Assembly (NCBI GenBank): GCA_013115145.1
Contig: JAAPAO010000078.1
Coordinates: 1 to 64,000 of the forward strand
Origin: Perkinsus chesapeaki ATCC PRA-425
Lineage: Eukaryota > Protista > Perkinsozoa
Length of the DNA stretch: 64,000 nt
Reading direction: 5' to 3'
Position 1 is the stretch's first letter; every line of letters begins with the position of its first letter. Under the pieces are notes generated by a model, which saw only the letters and a program-made list of their open reading frames with translations, did no database searches and was not told the origin of the DNA. Positions 8,700 to 22,341 of this stretch are shown here, piece by piece. Position numbers and translations under genes: made by a program.

Positions 8700-11600
8700 T
8701 TCCAGCAGCACTCATTATTTTCTTTGTTGTACGTGTTATGAAGGATCCTTCAAAGTTGAACATTCCCTCTATGGAACACCCTTACAGTTGAGGCCTCCTA
8801 GTTCATCACAACACAAATTTACCTTAGGTCCAATTTCACATCATGGCTATATGATTCTCGGAGACAGTTAGCTTTATCGAACCCAATGCATTCGTTGTAG
8901 TAGCTGATGGGTCGACCAGACAGTTACTGTCTCCTATGGCTTAAGTTCTGATGGATCCACCACACCGGAGGGACCACCTCCAAATAATCAACTTCCAGTC
9001 CTCTTGTCCACATTGCGTTATTCGATAACTTGAATGAACTTAGTTTATTGAGTGGTTTAAGATATGTGAGACCTCCTCCTCCGCCGGGACAGAACTGGGC
9101 TCTTAGGCCCATCTATGTACGATAGTGCAGGATTGCTCCCATGATGAGAGCTACATCAGTTCGTATCAATCTGGTGCAGGACCCTTCACTTTGACAGGTT
9201 CCGGTGGTGCCGCTGATGGCTTTATCGCATGATCTCTCCTCTCTCAAGTGCCCCACTACTACAACAAACCAACAGATTAAGGAAAAGCTATTCATCTCGA
9301 AGCATGCTAGAGTCGCACTACACCTCTAGTTCGAGACCGTTCATCTGAAGGACCTTCTCATCGGTCATGTAGGAGACTTTGGCTTACTAATGTTGCTCGG
9401 ACCAGTTCTTGATTTTTCTTTCTAAAGGACTCGCTAGCAGTTCGCCACCGTGAGGCCTGGCTCTCTAGGTGCTAAGAAAGATGTCAACGGCAACCAGACA
9501 TGAAACAGGCCGTGTTACACAACTGGTGGTCATCGAAAACAACAACAACTCACTTCAATTTTTTCCTGCATTTTCTTCTTCAAATCTTCCTCTCTCGATT
9601 GCCACTCTTGCTTCAATCCTTCAAGCTGCTTCCGAAGTTTAGCGGCTTCTTTGCGACTCGCAAGCAACTGCATCAGCCACAGTAACAAAGAAAAAGGAAT
9701 TTCCTATATTCCAACTAAGATTGCAGTCACCTTTCAAAAAACTAAAATCTGAACTTGGTAAAGTCTGACAGCAGCTAGACTCTAGATGGTTAGAATAATA
9801 CCTGGCTTTCACCTAGGCGTCCCGGGTTCGATTCCCGGTAGCGGAACATCCATTCAACTCGACCAGCTCACCGTTGCTTCATTGTGATGGGCCGCTGCCA
9901 ATACTTCTCCTTCTTTGCGCTCTACTGCACTCCTATGATGTGTTACCTCCTTCTCCAGTTGCTCTACAAGTCTGCTGTTTTCTATTCTTAAAGCCTGAAC
10001 AACTGAAGGCAGCATCGCTCATTGGCCATCACCTCACTTCGATTTCCTTTCGTGTCACAAGGGACTCCTCTTCAGCTTTGGCACATCTTTTTATCAGCTG
10101 CTCGTTCTCTCTGTTGAGCTCGGCTGCTCGAGCTGTTAGTATCTCCTCCCTGGCAGTAGGAGGTGTAAACCGATCTCATGAAAGGACAGGTGCTACTCTG
10201 TCTTGAATGAGTTGTTCTGCAACCCGAGTTCATCCTTCAAAGCTCGGATTTGCTTGTCCAGGTCATCGTTCTCGGACACAAGTGCCAACCTCGACGTCTG
10301 GAGCTCCTCGGACTCCTTGCTCCTAAGGTCTCTCTCACGGTCAAGCTCTCGGTTAAGCAAACCATTGGCTTTGCGCAAAGAAACATTCTCCTCTTCAACA
10401 GTACACAGTCGAGCCTACAAAGTGTTTGATGGTGATAGGCTTTGTGAGCGGGGAGTGAAGCGGTAAGTGGGAGAGTAAGCCGTTTAATGCTCACTCTGAG
10501 GCTCGCTGCTGCTTCATCACTGGACTCTAACTTATGCTCCATATCACCACACCTATAAAAGATCTCAATGCTGGACGCCAGGCAGTAGGTCACTTCCGAC
10601 GAGAAGCTTCTCTCTCGGTTGCCAACGCTTCGGACATCTCTTTCTTAAGTTGAGCTACGTCTGCCTTCCTGGCCCTAACCTCACATTGGAGCTTCTCGCT
10701 CAGCACCTGTTCCTGTCAACCACGTGGTTCCGGGTTTTGTCACAGGATAAGCGTGCTTACCTGTAGGCAGGCTCTGTCCCGAGCGGTTTGCATCTCGACC
10801 AGTTCATCTCGAGCTTCCATGAGTTCACCCTTGCAGTCGTCCAATCGGAAGTGAGTATCCGCTCGCCGCTTCTCCAGGGATTTCTAAACTAGATCCCACT
10901 AGTGCATGCCACACATGTGCCCACCAAAGTTTTGTTAGCTGACTCGGCTTCAGCTCTGGCCACGTTGAGGTCCGCTGTCAGCTGAGCTATCCGCGACTTA
11001 GCGTCCTCGACTTGCTCCTCGAGCTGAATAAATGATACCAGGATTAAAGATCCATGTCAGTGGTGAACTGTTTGCAGAAGCTCGCAACTTACAGAGGTCA
11101 TACGCCTCACGGTGCTAGATTCTAGAGACCGCATCCTTTCGGTAGCATTGCGTGCTCGGGAGTCGGCCTCTTGAAGGGCCTGTGGAGTTAGACATCTGCT
11201 CGCTCTGTTCGTGATTCGCTGCAACCTTGTTTTTGTGGTGTAGTTCCTCTCGCAGCTTTTGCAATGAGTCCTCGAGGTTCTTCCGCTGTAGCCTGGAAAG
11301 TCGCCGCAGTCACAGCTGTGCATAGCCTTGATCCATACCGGTCACCCTGAGCATCCCGTTCAACTTGAAATCGGCGCTCTTCGCTGGTCTGGGCTTCAGC
11401 GGACAGTTCTTCAAGACGGGTCTCTGCTATTGCTCGGCGTTCTTCAGATCGAGCCAACTGGCGTGCGAACTGCAGGAGAGAATTGTAAGGCACAGTTGAC
11501 CAGTCTTAGTTCCATCAACACACGGGACGTCAACCGTGTTTTAGTCGCACACTACTGAGAGTGAACTGCTCAGGTGACATGTGCTGGAGTTTAATTAAGC

Positions 11601-12930
11601 ATGAGACCTTTCCATTGAAAGCCTCATCTCATCAGCAACGGTTAAACGGTATCCAACAAGGGAACGGCGACATGGATAGCCTGGGGTCTACTCGGAGCTG
11701 AGCCACTGATGTTGGGTTACTAGACTACCCGTAAAGTAGTCACCACCGACCGCAAGAAGCAACAGCGAGAAGGAAGGTATAAGCATTGCGTGAGTCTGAA
11801 GCGACGCATCAGACTTTGCATCGAGTGAACCGGTCGAAAGGTTCTTCGCTGAACCAGCTCTATAAGAAATACATCTTGATCAAGAGAGCATCGGGCAGTG
11901 CCCGACGGGCACCGATGTTCTTGCTCTCTTCCAGGTCCGTGCACTGTGCACCACATCCACAACGTGGCGCACGAGCTGCGCACCATACTAAGAGAAGGCC
12001 ACTCGAAGCTTGTAAGACCTTGCTACAGGTTCACTGCAGCGCCTCGATCGTAGGTTTTGTTCACTACTAAACGGCTGGGCCGAAGTCTTCAGGCCGCCGT
12101 GTATCCGTGAACATAGAAGTGGCTTGCAGTGGAGTGCTTCTAAGTCACTGGGGTACATCGTTCTCCCCAGAAGTCGTAGTATGTACGTTGGCAGCTGGTA
12201 CGGTTCTAGCAGCGATGACGATAATCCAATGATCCATCAAACCGGAAATACAGACTTCTGTCGACAAGATTAAGTGGGCAATGATAACATGAATAACAGG
12301 CGAATAGCATCCTCACTTCTTGTGCTTTGCTCTCTGCTTGGTTTCGCCGAGCACTGTTCTCCTGTTGTTGCTCTTTCAAATGACTGATGGCGAGCTGAAC
12401 GAAACATTCCCATCGGCTGTGATAATTTCTGGGCCTACTTGTAACTTAGACACTTCCTCCTTCAATAAATGATTCTGACAAAAGATGCTTACCAAGCGAG
12501 TAGAGGATAGGTAGATGAGCCCACTTGGGTATCAAGAACATCATTTTGCTCTCGAACACATTGGGCCAATTCCTCTCCAGCGGCGCCTCCATCAGGACTC
12601 TCAACGGCAATTCTAAAACAACGGAGATTCGGCTCCGCCGCCTAGGCGACCCTACCTGAGAGCGTCCGTGAGCCGTCCGATCTCCCCTCGTAGCTCTTTA
12701 TTTTTAGCAAGGAGCTCGGCGGCCTCATCTGTGAGCACTTTAAGTATGAGTGAACTACAGGCCAGCTTACGCGTGAGTAGACGCAACTCTTCGGTGCGTT
12801 GTGCGAGCAGATCCTCGGCAGATTTCTTGTGGGGTGATCTGGATACCACGATATCACCACCAAGACGAACCCTTGCAGCTACGCCGATTCAGTGCCGCTG
12901 CTGTCGTGAAAGTACTCCACAGATGCTTGG
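8700..12930 (-). CDS. Multi-exon long coiled-coil protein (boundaries approximate)
   Basis: Many short E/K/R/L-rich exons (e.g. RKANGLLNRELDRERDLRSKESEELQ, RKEAAKLRKQLEGLKQEWQSREEDLKKKMQEKIE) separated by GT-AG introns. Confidence 0.55.
9771..9846 (+). pseudogene. tRNA-Glu(TTC) pseudogene, antisense within an intron of the coiled-coil gene
   Basis: Anticodon arm CCTGG-ctTTCac-CTAGG and T-arm CCGGG-TTCGATT-CCCGG intact; acceptor 5' strand and D-arm are degraded (3 extra nt). Confidence 0.75.
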
Positions 12931-13949
12931 GTGGAATTACGAGGCATTTGATAGCAGGCAAGCCTTAATTATCCAACTGCGCTCGTTAGCAAGGAGCAGC
13001 AGCGTCCAACCTGGACGGGCCTTAGGCGGTCCAAGCCCCCTCCTTATAAACCATTTAACCCTCTATATAGATATCCACGTGATCATGCCATCAACGAAAA
13101 AGAGCAATTGGAGACATCAGATGCAGCATGGAAAGGATCACATAGGTCTCTTGACCTTGTTCACTTGACGTGAATGCGGGCTCTGCGTCGATTGGGTCTG
13201 AGACTTTAGTAGACACTCGTACACAGCAGCCTACCGCTACCGTCGGCTCTTTCCTGGACGAGGATGCCGCACAGGTGGCGCTAGCTGCCCGGCGGCGCTT
13301 CATTATGGTTGACTCTGTTATGTTGTCACTCAAATAGGGAACATATCGAACGTATCCATTAGCTACAACGACAACGACCAGCACTATGGAGGGTCATACT
13401 GTACGCTTTCTAACCTGGAAAGTGAGAGTCGTGAATCTCAAGGACCTTCCGCAAGGCCATGGCTTCAGCTGGAGTTGGTCTATAAGTTAGCAATAATCCT
13501 ACCTCCACCGAGGCACTTACTCGTAGACGGTACTTGGCACAGTCGCCACTGTCGAGATGGAAGCCAGACGATCGGTGCGCATGCCTCTCTGAGATACGGC
13601 TTATTGCGGACACCAGTCTGCAGATTGCTACTATTTGAGGCAGCTTCGGTGATTCTACTCGATTGGTATCACTTCCCCTTGCTGCCGCGGGAGAGCTCCG
13701 ATTGCTGGCTTCCCGAGCTAGGCGTAGGTCTCTCGGGCTTTTCAACGAGCGTCGACGACGCATTCGAGATCCGTGGACACCCATACGGCAGAATCTGTCA
13801 GCCTGGCAATCATTCAACGACTTGGACACTATACTGCTGCGACACCAACGAAACTTTAATTATCAATCGGCACGTGGCAAATAAATCACTAATCGGTGAT
13901 CACATCGTCACATGGTAGGCTAAGACTGTCAGTGTCCAATCGCAATACG

Positions 13950-14737
13950 GAGGGGAACTGGATCAACCTGGAGGATATACGTCATCACATGTACGGCAAG
14001 GAGCTGCTTACATATTAGCCAGCTCGGTGTAGTTGATGCTGCCATCCTTATCCTTAGCCACACCAGTCAGGACAGCGTCCACCTAGGCAGCAACATTCAG
14101 AAGAAAATCGACGCTGTAGTCCAAACCTCGGACGGTTTGAGCTTATCCCCGAGGGTAGTAGTCAAACTTTTCAGCTTGTCACTATTAATCACACCTGCCA
14201 TTCCACGGTCTCAGGGGGCGCAATTGCAGATATTGTCACCAGTGGAGGTTGGGTCCAGAACCTTGAAGGCCTTGGTCAGCCTGTCATGTGGCACAGGCGA
14301 CTGGTAATGCTCGTCTACGAGAAGGCTGCCAGTTCCTAGAGTCGTGCTGACCTACTGAAGCTCGTGATGAATCTATCCAGGTTAACCTTTAGTGGCAGGT
14401 TACGCACAATCTCATCGCAATCCTTCTGTGTCGGCGTTTGCCCGAGGCCCCTACAGAAGCCGAGGGACGCAGATGTGCTTAACGACGACAGTGACGCAAA
14501 ACGACAAATGTCCTCCCATGAGTTAGAGCACATCGACACATAAACGCCGAGGAAGCTCACCACCTGAATAGCGTTATGACTTCCTCGTGAGTAAGGTAAC
14601 CATCGCCATCGCTGTCACAGAGACCAAATGTGCTCCTAAGAAAGGATCTGTGCTTGTTTGTATAATCGAGAATAATTTGACTCAATGGCTGAGAGTGCTG
14701 AATCAGGAATAACATGCTTCAATCGCGGAGGGTCCAT
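13950..14737 (-). CDS. EF-hand protein, calmodulin / myosin light chain-like (multi-exon)
   Basis: FGLCDSDGDGYLTHEEV, GLGQTPTQKDCDEIV, AFKVLDPTSTG, DKDGSINYTEL. Ends approximate. Confidence 0.75.
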
Positions 14738-15069
14738 TGAGACACACTCAAAATACTATAAACGATAAATAATAGACCAAGGCACCGCCGCCCGCTGCAA
14801 CCTCGCAACAGGATACTTCTCGAGCAATCCTCTGCAGCATGACGCCTATACAACACGATCATTATCCATAAGCGATGCTTCGCTCCGTCTAAAAAAATTG
14901 CCCATTTTAAATTGACAACACAAAGGTGTTATATTAGTGAAGTCACTCATCATCATTATCGTGGAGCTTGTTAGGCTGGGGAATGCCTGCACTCCAGACC
15001 ATAGGAGGAACACAACGTAATTGATGTTATCAACAACAAAACGCCACCGCCTTCATTGTTATGTAAAAC

Positions 15070-17015
<1,946 letters not shown>

Positions 17016-17639
17016 GAGAAATGGGCTACAATAACAGATAGGCTATCAGATATACGACATGCCCGACTTTCAGGTTGTGTGGTGCCCAGTAGTAGACCGT
17101 CCCCAGCGGAGCAATGATACCTGCAGTAACATGGACCCACCAAATAGGATATTCCATCACATAGACACACAAAAAGGGGACACTGCATAAACAGGAACAT
17201 TGTGTTTATGACACAAAGGCTGTCCCCGTCAGGTAGTTCACCACCCGACTTGTTCGATATCTCGGTAACTCCTGAATACTCGAGCTACCGCACTGCGCGC
17301 TTAGGGGGTGAATTTGTTGATTGGAAATAACACAAGTCAAATATGAACAGCGATGGAGGTGTAACGGATTGTAATAAGTGAAGATGGTGGTGGTGGTCGT
17401 TGTTGTGATTTATGTAAATGTGAAGATTACAACGACGACCGCCGCCGTCGACGATGCCAACGCCGCTAGACTGTATATGTCAATACCGACTCGATAAAGG
17501 CTTCCAATCTCACACCACAGCAGGATCAACAATCTATTACGAAGTATACAATATCAACAACAATATCTATGCACCGAAAACTGAGAGTGGTAAAGCGATG
17601 CTGCTGAGCACAAGTGAGGAAACCTATACGTCAATTTAG

Positions 17640-18330
17640 TTGCCTACGCAAGAGATATACGACAAAAGTAATGACGATGATCAGATGGACTTAGGCCTTC
17701 CAGCGGCGGCAAGCATATTAGCTTGATCTTCGAACTGAATCAGGACAGAATAAAAATGACCGTTCGAGCATCACGCTCGCTTACGTTAAGGAAGGTGTTC
17801 TTCACAGATACCGGGACTGCTGCACCACCGTCTCCACCGACATATCCTTCATCTTGCTGGCAATTTTGGCGCGTATTGGTGGATCCATCTGGAATGCTTC
17901 CAGAGTCGATCGATCCCCCCGGTGCAGCACTCGGGCCAGTCATGCCAAGCATTTGCTGCCAGTCGGCTAATCCAGTCAGATATCGGCCTGAAAAATGCAC
18001 TCATCAACAGCGGAGCGACGCAGAAACCTACTAGCGTCGGTTAAATGTTGCATATTGCTCGGGGTGAGACCATCTAAAACAGAAGCGTTGCCGCTCCCGA
18101 TGGCTTGTGTGTCGTCTGTCTCATGAGACGGCATTCTCGTGAAGGAGCCTATGGCGGCGCCACCACCAACAGCCATTTTCGACGACAGATGAGGACAGTG
18201 ACCAGTACCTGAATAAAGCGCAAAGTTATACGTCATACAAGCGGATAGATTCGAGCCCACATGGTAGTGGGTCAACTTCAGCGACACCGTCCAAGACGAC
18301 CATTGGCGATAAGGACGCATCATGCAGGGC
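17640..18330 (-). CDS. Hypothetical multi-exon protein with a VKNTFL motif (approximate)
   Basis: Low-complexity exons and a PVSVKNTFLNV motif near 17780. Confidence 0.4.
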
Positions 18331-18399
18331 AGGCGCATTAGATACACCTTCGAACCACACTGGAGAGGTGTTCATACCTACTAAAGCAATGATAACAAT

Positions 18400-21300
18400 C
18401 AAAAGCAGCAGAGATATACCAGTCTCTCTGAACGACCATCTCAAGCGACCTAGATCGTATTTGGTAACTTTACCGCAGGTACAATTCTCATCATCAACTC
18501 TAACAACCTGATCTGAGAATACCCCCGGCAGCTGCCGCCAGCCAAGAGGCCTACAAAAAGCATCGCAGCGATTCTCGTGAAAGAGTCCTTCAAAGATGGT
18601 ATCTCCCTGCACTTTTTGGCCAGGGCTGTGAGGACGTTAGCGTAGTCATGTATACAGAACTTGGTAACAGCCTTCACACAACATTCAGCCAGCTCTTCCC
18701 ACAGGCTCGGATCGCCGTATGTCGTATTAGCCAGCGCCCACATAGAGTTAGACAAGCAGTGGGGCGCCAATTCAGGAGCGTCGTCTCGGAGCTTCTTGGC
18801 GCATCCTTCGACCTGATGATAATCAACACGAACAATGACCGCTGCGCCACAAAATTGATGGCCTTACCAAGTCTGAGTAGTCGTTAACTTGGCCAAGTCT
18901 GACGAGACTCCAGAGGCACAGTGAGATGCTCTGAGCCGACAAAGTGCTCAAATTATCACGCAGTATATCACATATCTCTTCAATCAATGGCATAACCTAA
19001 CCAACGGTGATGTAATCCCACAATCCGCTGTCCCCCTTACCGAATTCGAACGAGTATGCCCGAGCTTCACTAGACCGTGAAGAAGCATGGCGGCATCTTG
19101 AGCACCCAAACCGGTAGTTGAATTTATCAGGTTCGCGCGATCTGCTAGGGCGTCGATGGCACAGCAATCGCAGACTCCCATACGAGCATACGCACTGAAT
19201 ATCGTGGCTGAAGTGGAAAGATGTTACCTTGTGCATGCGTACAGAAAGATACTATCTTACATATATCCGCTGTGCTGAATCGGAAGCTTTTGGATTTAAC
19301 ATAAGCGGCGGTGGCATCAACCAATTCTGGATCTTTAGCTGCAAGATCAACTCCCATGAACGCCAGAGCCCAAAGACATGTGCCTGAGCCAGGGATCGAA
19401 CCTCTGCGGGAAAGGACCACACGGGTTATTACTTAGCTGAGCGGGGGAGTACTTGTCCAGATGTTCGTCCATTTGCCTGGCGATCGCATCACAACACAGC
19501 GGGTCATGATATCCGAGCTTGCATAGGCCCCACGCCGCCGACGTGAGATCCTCACACGAGAATCTGATAGAAAAACCGTAAAATAGCTTCCGGCCTACAA
19601 CAGCGGACTCACTTCGATGCGAACTGGGCAACGTAAGCTTGGCAGGATTGTATGAGATCATCATGCTTTATCCCCACGCGGCCGAATGACTTTAAAATGG
19701 TCGCCACATCTTGGGGATTCAATCTTCCCGCCTGAAAGATGCCATACCGCAACTTCCTCAAACCAACCTGAAATGCAGCATAACCCACCTGTGCGTGCAT
19801 AAGTGCAACATATCCACATCTTTCAAAGACCATCTTAACTCTAGCTTGATCAGTAATATGTGGCATCAATCGACTTAACCCCCAAAGTGTCATAGATAGA
19901 TCTTGAGGGTTATACTTATCAGCTTGAGACAGTATCTAACAATAATACCACAACCTTTCCGTCACAACAAAAAACTGCTCAAGCAAATTTCCAATAACAA
20001 ATGATGCCACCGATTAAAGCCGTAGACTGAATGAACCCCTCAACGCGATGAGCTAACTGTGGCCAAATATTACCAGTACCGAGGACGGGCCACGAACCGG
20101 AGGCGGTAGCAGCTCATGAATACTTCTAATGCCGACGCCAAAGGCGTTTATATTACTCTATCACAGACTGCAGTGAAGTCTATTCCTTCATACCAATCGA
20201 TTTTAGCAAACGCCCAAATCGACCTTGAAATGTCTTGGGCGACATACTCGGATAGGTGGGCACAAAGATACCTATCATCAAGCTAACATTTCGAATGCAC
20301 TCATCAACCTAAGATACTACCCAACAACCGATCTTAAGAAGTTCGGCTCCTTAAGACCAACCTTTACATGTGCCCATAACATCTGTACAGCCACCCGAGG
20401 AGTACCTAAAAATACCGCTGCCGAAGATCGAACCCGCGACCCCCTACTATTTGCCAGCCTCGGTGTCGCATAGGTACACATATCCCTAACCGGTCCCTCA
20501 TAACCCAGCTTGCCGCATTGTTCACATATCCCCGTCAAAATCGCCAAGTCCAGGCCAGCCTCACTTTTAGCCTGACATCTCATCATCATCATCCACCACC
20601 ACCACCATCCGTAGTACATGGTCCGTGGAAAACACTCTATTGAGCTCATCTGTGATCCATTCTAGTGCATTACTGTTACTCGCTTTATTGCCACTGGTCA
20701 TCTTACGAAGTTGCCTGAAACAACAACAACAACAACAATCAATAAGGCTCTGCCTGTCAAGAAGATGATGATACAAAAGGGAAGATATATACACTAGCTT
20801 TAAACCCACTGTATAGTGCTGCCTTTACCCTATTTAAACCCACTGTATGATGCTGCCTTTACCCTATTTAAACCCACNNNNNNNNNNNNNNNNNNNNNNN
20901 NNNNNNNNNNNNNNNNNNNNNNNNNNNNNNNNNNNNNNNNNNNNNNNNNNNNNNNNNNNNNNNNNNNNNNNNNNAACTGTATAGTGCTGCCTTTACCCTA
21001 TTTAAACCCACTGTATAGTGCTGCCTTTACCCTATTTAAACCCACTGTATAGTGCTGCCTTTACCCTATTTAAACCCACTGTATGCCTATTACCTAAGAA
21101 CGTTATGTAGGTCCTCATCACCCGGGTCTCTATCAACCTGCGGTGGTGTCCTCTGCTGTTGCTGTTGCTGTTGTCTCTTTTGTGGAGGAGTCTGCGATCT
21201 GCGACCATCTGACACCAACAACAACAACTACATACGAAATGCTCAGGGCGAAAGCAGTCTCTAATAATCAGAATAAGCATGTGATCCCGTACGTTCAAAA

Positions 21301-22000
21301 CTCGTTCTAATCAGGATCAAGCAAACTAGAATTCGACATTTCCCACTTTCGAGTGACAGCTGCTGCTCCTCACACGCCCCATGAATATAGTATCCAGGCC
21401 TTTAAAACTCTCAAGAATAACCCTCAACATTTTTACAAACTATTCCACAAAGGAGTAATCCAATACAACCACATGTCCCCAATGATAACAGAATCTATGC
21501 TTTATATATTTTTATCAAATAAATTCCTATTGCATCTTCCCACTAGGAACTCGTTCGAGCTGTCGATGATAGACACCGTAATGCAGGATGAGCCACTACC
21601 TCTCACTCCCATAGCAAACAGTGAAGCTATTTTCACAAACGCCAGTGAAATCAACAACTGGGAGTCATCTACCACCCTAATCAAGCAAATGCGCAGGAGA
21701 TTCTTTGAAAATATTTCCTATATCAGAGACATTCCTTGTCGGTCCAGCAACAGCTTCTCCTCCATGACCCCCTACTGTCCACCTACTTCTTCCTCCACTA
21801 CTGCCCCGTCCGCCATGCTGTTGCTGGGAGTAATGACGCTGCTGCTGTTGGTAAGCACCCTGAGTAGCAGGCGACATCGGCCCATGTCCCAGGATGCTTG
21901 AGGTTGCGGATGGTGGCGGGGGGGTTGACGGTGACGATGACGATGATTGGAACTAAACGGGAGGAACGTGGACAAAATAACACTTCTTAACCTGCACACA
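18400..22000 (-). CDS. Helical-repeat (heptatricopeptide/RAP-associated-like) RNA-binding protein, multi-exon, probably organellar (ends approximate)
   Basis: Repeated units such as LTSAAWGLCKLGYHD, QLSTCLWALAFMG, SNSMWALANTTYGD, VATILKSFGRVG, VQMLWAHVKVG. Confidence 0.62.
19384..19432 (-). other. 49-nt intron with tRNA T-arm/3'-end-like sequence (sense)
   Basis: GTAAT...AGAG-GTTCGATC-CCTGGCTCAG|GCA; removal gives SPAQLSTCLWALAF. Confidence 0.7.
20406..20447 (-). other. 42-nt intron made of a tRNA 3' fragment plus oligo-T (sense)
   Basis: GTAGG-GGGTCGCGG-GTTCGATC-TTCGGCAGCGGTA-TTTTT-AG; removal gives RLANSTPRVAVQMLWAH. Confidence 0.8.
20799..21084 (+). repeat. 34-bp minisatellite flanking a 97-N assembly gap (20878-20974)
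   Basis: Unit CTGTATAGTGCTGCCTTTACCCTATTTAAACCCA, period 34 (20977, 21011, 21045), present on both sides of the gap. Confidence 0.95.
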
Positions 22001-22341
22001 ACCAATCAAGTCGATAGATCATCGCTAGATTAAATATTCGTCGCGTCGCCTAAAAATTACTAACGTCACTCCCGTGCGAGTGCACCGTCTTTTGTCGACG
22101 ACGCCAACTGGACGAGCAGACTCGAGTTCCGAGTTGGGTCCTTATCTAGTCTGGGTCGACTCAACCTTAAGTTGCTCTTCAATCAGACTGCCTCCTAGCA
22201 GTATGTCAACTGCGCCCATCTACTAAAGCATATTATGTGACCACAGAAGGTAATGAGATAAACGAGTAGATATAATAGATTATACTATTTCATAAAAGGG
22301 TCTTAATCATCATGGCCACATTATAACTGACCACATTTTAA

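Noticed and set aside
20799-21084. CRISPR-like array
   Set aside because: Units are contiguous and identical with no unique spacers; eukaryotic context and no cas genes. It is a minisatellite.
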